Source: Betaproteobacteria bacterium
Lineage (GTDB): Bacteria > Pseudomonadota > Gammaproteobacteria > Burkholderiales > SG8-39
DNA: 35,448 nucleotides
NCBI GenBank assembly: GCA_029858545.1
Contig: JAOUFA010000003.1
Location: forward strand, 1 to 35,448
Direction: 5' to 3'
Each line of letters begins with the position of its first letter. The first letter of the stretch is position 1. Of the stretch, positions 26,742-35,448 are shown piece by piece. The translations under genes were made by a program, and so were the position numbers. The notes beneath the pieces are model-generated. The model searched no databases. It was given only the letters and a program-made list of their open reading frames with translations, and was not told the origin of the DNA.

Positions 26742-26771
26742 GAAAAAGGCCGCCCCGGGGCGGCCTTTTTC
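26742..26771. terminator. Bidirectional intrinsic terminator between icd and csp
   Basis: Perfect 30-bp palindrome GAAAAAGGCCGCCCC|GGGGCGGCCTTTTTC between convergent genes. Confidence 0.88.
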
Positions 26772-26787
26772 CTGGGGCAACCTCCCC

Positions 26788-26991
26788 TCACGCTTTCTGG
26801 ATATTGGACGCCTGCTTTCCTTTTGGGCCTTGTACCACGTCGAAGCTGACTTTCTGGCCTTCCTTCAGACTCTTGAAGCCGGCCATGTTGATCGCGGAAA
26901 AATGCGCGAACAAATCCTCGCTGCCATCGTCGGGGGTGATGAAACCGAAACCCTTCGCGTCGTTGAACCACTTTACGGTGCCTGTCGCCAT
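26788..26991 (-). CDS. Cold-shock domain protein (cspD-like position, divergent from clpS)
   Basis: [18 protein letters not shown] (RNP1), LFAHFS (RNP2); GAGGA RBS. Confidence 0.97.
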   Translation of the reverse strand: MATGTVKWFNDAKGFGFITPDDGSEDLFAHFSAINMAGFKSLKEGQKVSFDVVQGPKGKQASNIQKA

Positions 26992-27112
26992 TCCTCTTCC
27001 TTTTCCTCTGATTGAACCACCGGGCGGTCACCCGATCCATGCCTGGAACTCCACGACCCCGCCGCCCTCTGTGGCGAAACAGACAGCCCGAATCCCAATA
27101 CAGCAGGACGGA

Positions 27113-27141
27113 TTTTTACGCGCGCCCGGAAGCGCCGTCAA
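27113..27141 (-). promoter_or_regulatory. Putative sigma70 promoter of the csp gene
   Basis: Minus strand TTGACG-N17-TAAAAA(T). This implies a 5' UTR of about 115 nt, and long leaders are common for csp genes. Confidence 0.5.
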
Positions 27142-27425
27142 GAGTCCGGCCTTCCCCGGGGTAACCAGAACTAGCCTTCGCAAGCAGGCGTGAAAAGACC
27201 CACGTTTCACACCATTCTTTGCCCTTATTTGCGTTGCGTGCCGGGTGTACATTGATTACGATAGCTCTCGTGAACTGGCGCTTGAAGCATTTCAACGCGA
27301 TTCAGGTGCCGTTCGGCTGTCGAACGGGCGTAAACTGATCGAACGGACAGCGGCACTAAAGGAGCGTGAACGGCGGGCGATCGAGCGTGCAAGCACGTTG
27401 AGAGCGGCGGCGCCAAACGGGCGGT

Positions 27426-27731
27426 ATGGGGCAGTTCAAGGACAACACCGTACTGGAGGCTCAGAAGAGCAGGCTGAAACCTCCTCCCATGTTCAAGGTG
27501 ATGCTGTTGAACGACGACTTTACGCCGATGGAGTTCGTGGTGGTGGTTTTACAGAAATTTTTCGCAATGACGCGTGAGAAGGCGACCCAAGTAATGCTGG
27601 CGGTACATCGAGACGGAGTCGGAGTGTGTGGAGTGTTTCCGCGCGACATCGCGACCACCAAGGTTCAGAAGGTCGCTGCGTACGCGCGCAGGCACCAGCA
27701 CCCGTTGCAGTGCGTGATGGAGGAAACGTAG
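27426..27731 (+). CDS. clpS: ClpAP adaptor ClpS
   Basis: [39 protein letters not shown]; directly upstream of clpA. Confidence 0.97.
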   Translation: MGQFKDNTVLEAQKSRLKPPPMFKVMLLNDDFTPMEFVVVVLQKFFAMTREKATQVMLAVHRDGVGVCGVFPRDIATTKVQKVAAYARRHQHPLQCVMEET

Positions 27732-27732
27732 C

Positions 27733-29994
27733 ATGATCGCCCAGGAACTCGAAGTCAGCCTTCATATGGCGTTCGTCGAGGCGCGCCAGAAGCGCCACGA
27801 ATTCATCACCGTCGAGCACCTGTTGCTCGCCCTGCTGGACAATCCCACCGCCGCCGAGGTGTTGCGCGCCTGCGGTGCCAACCTCGATGAACTTCGCAAG
27901 AATCTCACACAGCACATCGCCGAGCAGACCCCGCGCATCGCCGCCGACCGCGAGGTCGACACCCAACCCACGCTCGGTTTTCAACGCGTGATCCAGCGCG
28001 CGATCCTGCACGTGCAATCCTCCGGCAAGAAGGAGGTCACCGGCGCCAACGTTCTGGTCGCGATTTTCGGCGAAAAGGACTCGCACGCCGTTTATTTCCT
28101 CCAGCAGCAGGGCATCACTCGGCTCGATGTCGTGAATTTCATTTCTCACGGCATCACCAAGACGCCGCAGCCGGCATCCGGGAAGTCCGAGCAGGACCAC
28201 GAGCAGGAAGGCCAGACCGACGCCTCGAACAGTCCGCTCGACAATTTCACCCAGAACCTCAACACGCTCGCGCTCGCCGGAAAAATCGATCCGCTCATCG
28301 GGCGCGACAGAGAACTCGAACGCGTGATTCAGACGCTGTGCCGCCGGCGCAAGAACAATCCACTGCTCGTCGGCGAGGCGGGGGTTGGGAAGACCGCGAT
28401 CGCGGAAGGACTCGCACGGCGTATCGTCGAGGCAAATGTTCCTGAATTACTCGGCAAGAGCACGGTATACGCGCTCGACATGGGCGCGCTGCTTGCCGGG
28501 ACGAAGTACCGCGGCGATTTCGAGCAGCGACTCAAGGCGGTGCTCAAGCAGCTTGCCGACAATCCCAATGCGATCCTGTTCATCGATGAGATCCATACGG
28601 TGATCGGCGCGGGCGCGGCTTCGGGCGGTACGCTCGACGCGTCCAACCTGCTCAAGCCCGTGCTATCCACCGGCCAGCTGAAATGTATCGGCGCGACAAC
28701 CTATAACGAATACCGCGGCGTGTTCGAGAAAGACCACGCCCTGTCGCGGCGGTTCCAGAAGATCGATGTGACCGAACCGTCGGTCGAGGAGACGGTCCAG
28801 ATCCTCAAGGGATTGAAGACGCGTTTCGAGGCTCATCACAGCGTAAAGTACACCGCCAACGCGCTCACCACCGCCGCCGAGCTCTCGGCGCGCTACATCA
28901 ATGATCGCCATCTTCCGGACAAGGCAATCGACGTGATCGACGAGGCGGGCGCCGCGCAGCGCATCGCTCCCAAGGGCAAGCAAAAGAAAGTGATCGGCAA
29001 GACGGAGATCGAGGAGATCATCGCCAAGATCGCGCGCATCCCGCCGCGCACCGTATCGACCGACGACCGCAGCGCGCTCGCCAACCTCGACCGCGATCTC
29101 AGGGCGGTCGTGTTCGGGCAGGACAAGGCGATCGAGGCGCTCGCCAGCGCGATCAAGATGGCGCGCAGCGGCCTGGGCAACCCGCAGAAACCCATCGGCT
29201 CGTTCCTGTTCAGCGGACCGACCGGGGTCGGCAAGACCGAGGTGGCCCGTCAACTTGCCTATTGCATGGGTATCGAGCTGATTCGCTTCGACATGTCGGA
29301 GTACATGGAACGGCACGCCGTAAGCCGGCTGATCGGCGCACCACCGGGATACGTGGGCTTCGATCAGGGCGGATTGCTCACCGAGGCGATCACCAAGAAG
29401 CCTTACGCAGTGCTGTTGCTCGACGAAATCGAGAAGGCCCACCCGGACATCTTCAACATCCTGCTCCAGGTCATGGACCATGGCACGCTCACCGACAACA
29501 ACGGCCGCAAGGCCGATTTCCGCAACGTGGTGATCGTGATGACCACCAACGCGGGGGCCGAGTCGCTGTCGAAGAACTCGATGGGGTTCACCGCGACGCG
29601 CCAGGTCGGCGACGAAATGGAGTCGATCAAACGCATGTTTACGCCGGAATTCCGAAACCGGCTGGATGCGATCATTTCCTTCGGCTCGCTCGACCACGAC
29701 ATCATTCTGCGCGTGGTGGACAAGTTCCTGATGCAGCTCGAGGAGCAGCTCCAGGAGAAGAAGGTCGAGGCACACTTCACCGCGCTTCTCAAGGAACACC
29801 TCGCGAAGAAGGGTTTCGACCCGCTGATGGGCGCTCGCCCGATGGCGAGACTCATCCAGGACACGATACGCCGCGCGCTCGCCGACGAACTGCTGTTCGG
29901 CAAGCTGCAGCATGGCGGCAAGGTCACCATTGATCTGGGCGACGACGAGAAGATCATTCTCAGGTACGAAAAGGAAGCTGAGCCCGTCGCCTGA
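27733..29994 (+). CDS. clpA: ATP-dependent Clp protease ATPase subunit
   Basis: MIAQELEVSLHMAF, two Walker A motifs (GEAGVGKT, GPTGVGKT), FIDEIH, LLLDEIEKAHPD; no ClpB middle domain. Confidence 0.98.
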   Translation: MIAQELEVSLHMAFVEARQKRHEFITVEHLLLALLDNPTAAEVLRACGANLDELRKNLTQHIAEQTPRIAADREVDTQPTLGFQRVIQRAILHVQSSGKKEVTGANVLVAIFGEKDSHAVYFLQQQGITRLDVVNFISHGITKTPQPASGKSEQDHEQEGQTDASNSPLDNFTQNLNTLALAGKIDPLIGRDRELERVIQTLCRRRKNNPLLVGEAGVGKTAIAEGLARRIVEANVPELLGKSTVYALDMGALLAGTKYRGDFEQRLKAVLKQLADNPNAILFIDEIHTVIGAGAASGGTLDASNLLKPVLSTGQLKCIGATTYNEYRGVFEKDHALSRRFQKIDVTEPSVEETVQILKGLKTRFEAHHSVKYTANALTTAAELSARYINDRHLPDKAIDVIDEAGAAQRIAPKGKQKKVIGKTEIEEIIAKIARIPPRTVSTDDRSALANLDRDLRAVVFGQDKAIEALASAIKMARSGLGNPQKPIGSFLFSGPTGVGKTEVARQLAYCMGIELIRFDMSEYMERHAVSRLIGAPPGYVGFDQGGLLTEAITKKPYAVLLLDEIEKAHPDIFNILLQVMDHGTLTDNNGRKADFRNVVIVMTTNAGAESLSKNSMGFTATRQVGDEMESIKRMFTPEFRNRLDAIISFGSLDHDIILRVVDKFLMQLEEQLQEKKVEAHFTALLKEHLAKKGFDPLMGARPMARLIQDTIRRALADELLFGKLQHGGKVTIDLGDDEKIILRYEKEAEPVA

Positions 29995-30152
29995 CGGGTG
30001 GTCGTCGGGCCGGTCGACACGGCACGCCCGGCTTGAGGGACTTCGCGTCCCAGGCGTCACATTCCTCCTCCTTGACGCCACCTATGCGCGGCGGCAGAAT
30101 CCCGCGCAGTTGCGCGAGCTTTCGTTTGTCAACTCTCTGGGAGGAGGTTTTC

Positions 30153-30452
30153 ATGCGTACGCCTATTTTGTTCGCCGCCTGCTGGCTGGCTTTGCCGTTG
30201 AGCGCTTTCGGTCAAGATGCCTTCCAGGGTCGCAATCTCGGCGCTGCCTGCGCCATGTGTCACGGTACGGAAGGTCGCAGCGCCGGCGGCAATGAACCCC
30301 TCGCCGGCATGCCCAAGGAAGACCTCGTTAGGAAGGTCAACGAATTCCGCAGCGGCGCGAAGCCCGCGACGGTGATGCACCAGATCTCGAAGGGCTACAG
30401 TGATACCGAGATCGAAGCTATCGCGGCGTATTTCGCCGCGCAGAAGAGATAG
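30153..30452 (+). CDS. Small monoheme cytochrome c (FccA-like partner of sulfide dehydrogenase)
   Basis: Signal peptide, CAMCHGTEG, ATVMHQISKGYS; GGAGGAGG RBS before ATG 30153. Confidence 0.9.
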   Translation: MRTPILFAACWLALPLSAFGQDAFQGRNLGAACAMCHGTEGRSAGGNEPLAGMPKEDLVRKVNEFRSGAKPATVMHQISKGYSDTEIEAIAAYFAAQKR

Positions 30453-30461
30453 GGGGACGCC

Positions 30462-31730
30462 ATGGATACATTTGACCGACGCGAATTCCTCCGACTGACC
30501 GGCGCAACGGCCGTACTGTCGCTCGCGGGCTGTGCGACCACCGCAGGCGGCAAGGCGCGCGTAGTGGTCATTGGCGGCGGCTTTGGCGGTGCGACTGCGG
30601 CGAAATATATCCGCATATGGGATCCGAGCATCGAGGTCGTCATGATCGAGCGTGCCGGCCTCTTCACGTCTTGTCCGATATCGAACCTTGTCATCGGCGG
30701 GTTCAAATCGATGCAGGATATCGAGCGCCGTTACGACCGACTGGGCAATTACGGGGTAAAGGTCGTGCACGACGAAGCGCTCGCAGTGGACAGTGCCAAG
30801 AAGATTGTCAAACTGCAACGGGGCGGCGACCTCCGCTACGACCGGCTCATCGTATCTCCCGGCATAGACTTCAATTTCAGCGAGATCGCCGGTTTTGAGG
30901 GGGCCATGAATTCAGGCGAGGTATTGCACGCATGGAAGGCCGGTCCGCAGACCGTGGCGCTGCGCAAACAACTCGAAGCGATGCGTGACGGCGGGGTGTA
31001 TGTACTGTCCGTGCCGCTCGCCCCCTACCGTTGCCCGCCAGGACCCTACGAGCGCGCGAGCATGGTCGCCGCCTACTTCAAGCAGGCTAAGCCGCGCTCA
31101 AAGATAATGATTCTCGATGCCAATCCCGATGTCACGTCAAAAGGGCCGCTATTCAAGAAAGCCTGGGCCGAGCTCTATCCCGGCATGATCGAGTATCGCG
31201 GCAATTCCAAGGCGATCGGCGTCGACGCGAAGACCGGCACGGTAAAACTGGAGGTCGAAGACGTAAAGGGCGATGTGCTCAACATCGTACCGCCACAGCG
31301 CGCGGGCGACATCGCGGTCAAGGCGGGCCTGGTCACGACCAACAACCGCTGGTGCGCGGTCGACTGGATAACGCTGGAATCGAAGGCGGTAAAGGACGTC
31401 CATGTGCTGGGCGACGCCACGCTCTCCGCGCCAGGCATGCCCAAGTCCGGCAGCATGGCCAACAACCAGGCCAAGCTCTGCGCTGCTGCGATCGTCGACT
31501 TGATCAACGGACGGAGCACCGATCCGAATCACAAGATCATCAACACTTGCTACAGCTTCGTGTCGCGCGATGAGGTGGTGCATGTCGCATCGGTGCACCA
31601 GTGGGACGCCGGGCAGCAGGCCCTGATCCCGGTCAAGGGTGCGGGCGGAGTATCGAGCGCGCGCAATGAACTTGAATCCAAGTATGCGCTCGCGTGGGCG
31701 CAAAACATCTGGACGGACGTACTCGGATAG
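30462..31730 (+). CDS. fccB: Flavocytochrome c sulfide dehydrogenase flavoprotein (FccB/SoxF family)
   Basis: Tat motif RREFL, VVVIGGGFGG, SCPISN, HAWKAG, YRCPPGPYERAS, MPKSG, NTCYS. Confidence 0.9.
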   Translation: MDTFDRREFLRLTGATAVLSLAGCATTAGGKARVVVIGGGFGGATAAKYIRIWDPSIEVVMIERAGLFTSCPISNLVIGGFKSMQDIERRYDRLGNYGVKVVHDEALAVDSAKKIVKLQRGGDLRYDRLIVSPGIDFNFSEIAGFEGAMNSGEVLHAWKAGPQTVALRKQLEAMRDGGVYVLSVPLAPYRCPPGPYERASMVAAYFKQAKPRSKIMILDANPDVTSKGPLFKKAWAELYPGMIEYRGNSKAIGVDAKTGTVKLEVEDVKGDVLNIVPPQRAGDIAVKAGLVTTNNRWCAVDWITLESKAVKDVHVLGDATLSAPGMPKSGSMANNQAKLCAAAIVDLINGRSTDPNHKIINTCYSFVSRDEVVHVASVHQWDAGQQALIPVKGAGGVSSARNELESKYALAWAQNIWTDVLG

Positions 31731-31754
31731 ACCGTCCGAAATCCGCCGGATGCC

Positions 31755-31782
31755 TGCCCCGCCTCGCGCGGGGCATTTTTTT
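31755..31782 (+). terminator. Intrinsic terminator after fccB
   Basis: TGCCCCGC-CTCGC-GCGGGGCA-T7. Confidence 0.85.
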
Positions 31783-31792
31783 CGCCATTTCC

Positions 31793-32482
31793 CTAGTCGA
31801 GCGTACTGAGATACTCCGCCACAGCGCGAATCTCCTGCTCGACCATCTTCGCGGCGATGTCGTGCATCGCGGCATCCCCTTCGAGCTGCCGCCGTGCACC
31901 GAAGTTCTTCAGCCGCGCCACAATATAGGCGGCCACCTGCCCCGCCAGGCGGGGGAGCGTTTCCGAGCCGTGCGCATTCGCGCCGTGACACCCGGCGCAG
32001 GCGATCACCTGCGCCGCCGCGCTGCCGCGCGCGTAGATCGCCGCGCCACGGGCAATCAGTTGCGCGTCCGCCGACACATGCCCGCGCACCTCCTGCATGC
32101 TGAAGTACAGACCGAGCGCACGCATATCCTCGAACGTCAGATCGCCCACCATCGGTCGCATCGCACTCGATTCCCGCTCACCGCTCTGTATCTTGGCAAG
32201 CTGCTTGGCGATGTACTGTGCGTTCTGCCCGGCAAGCCGCGGCGACAGTTCGCTCGCCGCCTCGCCCAGCATGCCATGACAGAGAAAGCAGCGCCCCGCG
32301 ACGATCTTCTTCGCGCGCGCAAGGGCAGCCGCCCCTTCGGCCTGCGCTTCCGCGGGCAGCCACGCGACGCTGAGCAGCAGCGCGAGGATATTGAGGATGC
32401 GCCCGACCGCGGCTCGGCAAATCTTCAAAACGTCTGCCGAAGGTCGCGCAACCAATGCCGTCACGGCGGATGTCGAAGACAT
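31793..32482 (-). CDS. Diheme cytochrome c4/c553 family (start uncertain)
   Basis: CFLCHG and CAGCHG heme motifs, each followed by PRLAGQ..YI and a distal Met; hydrophobic signal-like segment. Confidence 0.88.
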   Translation of the reverse strand: MSSTSAVTALVARPSADVLKICRAAVGRILNILALLLSVAWLPAEAQAEGAAALARAKKIVAGRCFLCHGMLGEAASELSPRLAGQNAQYIAKQLAKIQSGERESSAMRPMVGDLTFEDMRALGLYFSMQEVRGHVSADAQLIARGAAIYARGSAAAQVIACAGCHGANAHGSETLPRLAGQVAAYIVARLKNFGARRQLEGDAAMHDIAAKMVEQEIRAVAEYLSTLD

Positions 32483-32485
32483 CGA

Positions 32486-32932
32486 TCAGCGTCCCGTACT
32501 CCCGAAGCCGGCCTCGCCCCGATGAGATGTGGTGAACTCGTCGACCACCTGGAATTCGACCTGCACCACCGGCAGCACGACAAGTTGCGCGATGCGCTCC
32601 ATGGGCTGGATGGTAAACGCCGCGCGCCCCCGGTTCCAGACCGAAATCAGCAACTGCCCCTGGTAGTCGGAATCGATCAGCCCAACGAGGTTTCCGAGCA
32701 CGATGCCGTGCTTGGCGCCCAGCCCCGAGCGGGGCAGCACTACTGCGGCATAGCGCGGATCTCCGATGTGGATCGCGATCCCCGATGGCACGAGTTGACT
32801 GTCGCCGGGCTCCAGCACGAGCGGCACGTCGACACAGGCCCGCAGATCGAGTCCCGCCGCGCCGCGCGTCGCGTAATGGGGCATGTCATGGCGCACCCTC
32901 GGATCGAGAATCTTGATCTGGAGCTTGTGCAT
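32486..32932 (-). CDS. dut: dUTP diphosphatase
   Basis: [38 protein letters not shown]. Confidence 0.98.
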   Translation of the reverse strand: MHKLQIKILDPRVRHDMPHYATRGAAGLDLRACVDVPLVLEPGDSQLVPSGIAIHIGDPRYAAVVLPRSGLGAKHGIVLGNLVGLIDSDYQGQLLISVWNRGRAAFTIQPMERIAQLVVLPVVQVEFQVVDEFTTSHRGEAGFGSTGR

Positions 32933-32984
32933 GGGAGATGTGCCTTTCGGTACGCGCGGCGAACCGAAGGCTCGCCGCGCAGGG

Positions 32985-34178
32985 TTATTTCACGTCCAGC
33001 ATTGCCGCGATGTGCTCGACCAGCCGCCTCGCAAGCTCGCCCTTCGCCCCCCTGCCGAGCGGATGGGCACCGCGATCGTCGAACAGCGTAATGCTGTTGT
33101 CATCCGCGCCAAGCGCTTCGTGGACGAGATTCGCGGCAAGCAGGGGAATCCTCTTCTTCGCACGTTTTTCCATCGCATGCTCGGCGAGATTCTCGCTCTC
33201 CGCGGCAAACCCGACGCAAAATGGCGGACGCGGCCGTGCGGCGACCCAGGCGAGAATATCCGGGTTCTCCTCCAGATCGAGGGTCAACGCGCGTTGATTG
33301 CCCTTCTTGATCTTTTGCGTCGCGGGCCTCTTCACGCGGTAGTCCGCCACCGCCGCGACCGAGATGAAGATGTCGCAATCGGGGACCGCGTTCTGCACCG
33401 CCGCAAACATCTCCTCCGCGGTGCGCACATTGATGCGGATCACGCCCGCCGGGCCATCCAGCGAGACGGGACCGGCGACAAGCGTCACTCGTGCACCGGC
33501 GTCGCGCGCGGCGCGCGCCACCGCAAATCCCATCTTTCCCGAACTGGAATTGGTGATCACTCGTACCGGATCGATCGGCTCCTCGGTCGGTCCGGCGGTG
33601 ATCAACACACGCCTGCCTTGCAGCAACCGGGGAGCGAAGAATCCTTGTATCAGGTCGAAAATTTCGCCTGCCTCCAGCATGCGTCCCATGCCGGTCTCGC
33701 CGCAGGCCTGGTCACCGTCGGCCGGACCCGCGAAGATCACTCCATCGTCCCGTAACGCCGCGACATTTCTCTGCGTCGCCGGATTGCGCCACATCTCGAC
33801 GTTCATCGCGGGCGCGAGCATCAGCGCGCAGCGCCGCGCGCTGCACAGCGTGCTGAGCAAGTCGCCGGCCAACCCCCCCGCGAGCTTGCCGATGAAATCC
33901 GCCGACGCCGGCGCGATCACGATCAACTCGCGATCGCGCGAGAGTTCGATATGAGCCATATTGTCGGGGATGCGCGGGTCCCAGAGATCGGTATACACCG
34001 GCTGACCGGAGAGCGCCTGCATGGTCACCGGCGTCACAAAACGCGTACCCGCCTCGGTCATCGCGACCCGCAGGTCAACGCCCGATTTGACCAGCAGGCG
34101 GGCGAGGTCGGCCGCTTTATAGGCCGCCACGCCGCCGGTAATTCCCAGCAGTACCCGCCTGCCTCCGACCCCTGTCAT
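32985..34178 (-). CDS. coaBC: Bifunctional phosphopantothenoylcysteine decarboxylase/synthetase
   Basis: [67 protein letters not shown]. Confidence 0.97.
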   Translation of the reverse strand: MTGVGGRRVLLGITGGVAAYKAADLARLLVKSGVDLRVAMTEAGTRFVTPVTMQALSGQPVYTDLWDPRIPDNMAHIELSRDRELIVIAPASADFIGKLAGGLAGDLLSTLCSARRCALMLAPAMNVEMWRNPATQRNVAALRDDGVIFAGPADGDQACGETGMGRMLEAGEIFDLIQGFFAPRLLQGRRVLITAGPTEEPIDPVRVITNSSSGKMGFAVARAARDAGARVTLVAGPVSLDGPAGVIRINVRTAEEMFAAVQNAVPDCDIFISVAAVADYRVKRPATQKIKKGNQRALTLDLEENPDILAWVAARPRPPFCVGFAAESENLAEHAMEKRAKKRIPLLAANLVHEALGADDNSITLFDDRGAHPLGRGAKGELARRLVEHIAAMLDVK

Positions 34179-34321
34179 CCCGTTGCCCGCCCAGCGCGTT
34201 GGAAACCAAGTCTGATTCTAGCAGTGCCCGCGCAATGAGCACGGCGGCCTCGTGGGTATGGGACGATTCAAGAAGACGTCGCCCCGCTCCGCTGGCCGCT
34301 TTACCCCGGGGTGCCTGGACC

Positions 34322-34996
34322 ATGCCGATAACGAGTTGGCCGCTTGCCGAAAGGCCACGCGAGCGCCTGCTTGCGCAGGGGCCCGCGGGCCTCACCGACG
34401 CGGAACTGATCGCCGTTTGCCTGCGCACCGGGATCCAGGGCAAAAGCGCGGTCGATCTGGCGCGCGACCTGATTACCCGCTTCGGGGGATTGTCGGGCCT
34501 GCTTGCCGCCGACCGCACGGCCTTCCGCGGCATGAGAGGTCTGGGCAACGCCAAGGCCGCCCAGCTGATAGCGATCATCGAACTCGCGCGTCGCAGCCTT
34601 GGCGAGCGCCTGCGCGAATCCGATGCGCTCACCTCGCCTGGCGCAGTGCGCGACTACCTGCGCCTCACCCTCGCCGCACGAGAACATGAGGTATTCCTCG
34701 TGCTTTTCATGGACGCTCAACACCGCGTAACGGGCGCCGAAGAACTGTTTCGCGGAACGCTGACGCAAACCAGCGTCTATCCGCGCGAGATCGTCAAGGC
34801 TGCGCTGAAGGCCAATGCCGCGGCGGTAATCTTCGCGCACAACCATCCCTCGGGCGTGGCCCAGCCGAGCCAGGCCGACGAGTTGTTGACCCGCAACCTC
34901 AAGCAGGCGCTCGCCCTGGTGGACGTCAAGGTGCTCGACCATTTCATCGTCGCGGGCAACCAGGCCCTGTCGTTCGCCGAGCGCGGCCTGCTGTGA
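34322..34996 (+). CDS. radC: RadC/JAB-domain protein
   Basis: ERPRERLL..G...[23 protein letters not shown]...PS.AD, VLDH. Start at ATG 34322; usual coaBC-radC-rpmB synteny. Confidence 0.95.
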   Translation: MPITSWPLAERPRERLLAQGPAGLTDAELIAVCLRTGIQGKSAVDLARDLITRFGGLSGLLAADRTAFRGMRGLGNAKAAQLIAIIELARRSLGERLRESDALTSPGAVRDYLRLTLAAREHEVFLVLFMDAQHRVTGAEELFRGTLTQTSVYPREIVKAALKANAAAVIFAHNHPSGVAQPSQADELLTRNLKQALALVDVKVLDHFIVAGNQALSFAERGLL

Positions 34997-35028
34997 CGCC
35001 CCGGGGAGACCGCCTGCCCCAAACGCTC

Positions 35029-35058
35029 TTGGAAATACCCGCGATTCAAGCGTATAAT
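35029..35058 (+). promoter_or_regulatory. sigma70 promoter of rpmB-rpmG
   Basis: TTGGAA-N18-TATAAT, ending 24 nt before the rpmB ATG. Confidence 0.6.
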
Positions 35059-35082
35059 CCAGCCCTTTTCCGCGGAGCGCCT

Positions 35083-35325
35083 ATGCCCCGAGTCTGTGAA
35101 GTCACCGACAAGAAACCGATGAAGGGTCACCTGGTTTCGCACGCCAACAACAAGACCCGCCGCACCTTCCTACCCAACCTGCACTATCGCCGGTTCTGGG
35201 TGGAAAGCGAGAATCGCTGGATTCGCCTGCGCGTTTCCGCAGCCGGTCTGCGCAAGATCGACAAGGTCGGCATCGACATTGTGCTGGCCGAAATTCGTGC
35301 CAAGCGCAAGACCGCCGCAAAGTAA
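35083..35325 (+). CDS. rpmB: 50S ribosomal protein L28
   Basis: [44 protein letters not shown]. Confidence 0.97.
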   Translation: MPRVCEVTDKKPMKGHLVSHANNKTRRTFLPNLHYRRFWVESENRWIRLRVSAAGLRKIDKVGIDIVLAEIRAKRKTAAK

Positions 35326-35337
35326 GGAGAGCCGACC

Positions 35338-35448
35338 ATGCGCGAAAAGATCAAGCTCGAATCGTCCGCCGGGACTGGCCACTTCTACACCACGACCAAG
35401 AATAAGCGCACCACGCCGGACAAGCTCGAGATCAAGAAATTCGATCCG
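35338..35448 (+). CDS. rpmG: 50S ribosomal protein L33 (3' partial)
   Basis: Manual translation [37 protein letters not shown]; AAGGAG RBS. Confidence 0.97.
   Translation, partial: MREKIKLESSAGTGHFYTTTKNKRTTPDKLEIKKFDP

Noticed and set aside
34322-34996. radC as a marker of a mobile element
   Set aside because: This is the full-length chromosomal form in the standard coaBC-radC-rpmB-rpmG context.

Overview
High-GC DNA that looks betaproteobacterial, based on gene order (icd-csp-clpS-clpA; coaBC-dut; radC-rpmB-rpmG). The right ~23 kb is mostly metabolic and housekeeping: a deacetylase, a Mo-bisPGD oxidoreductase, hyi-glcDE(F), SulP, a PuuD-like protein, icd, csp, clpSA, flavocytochrome c sulfide dehydrogenase, cytochrome c4, dut, coaBC, radC, rpmB and rpmG. 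The left end holds an NAD-dependent epimerase/dehydrogenase, a GMC oxidase and a CoxL/XDH-family Mo subunit. The most unusual feature is at 4932-12666, between two convergent gene 3' ends. Three ungapped direct repeats of exactly 156 bp (4932-5087, 8463-8618, 12511-12666) separate two unrelated cargo modules. Module A is a PstS-like binding protein, a chemoreceptor and a 5'-truncated SAF-domain oxidoreductase; module B is a Rid protein and a TRAP transporter. The repeats are mosaics of one another and end in a hairpin followed by CTAG|T. Copy 2 cuts a gene at its left end and has an inverted copy of its left terminus nearby. No recombinase or transposase gene is in the window. This looks like a repeat-delimited cassette or gene-capture array of a type I cannot assign to a known family. 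The mechanism is inference. Protein calls come from motif recognition, not database searches.
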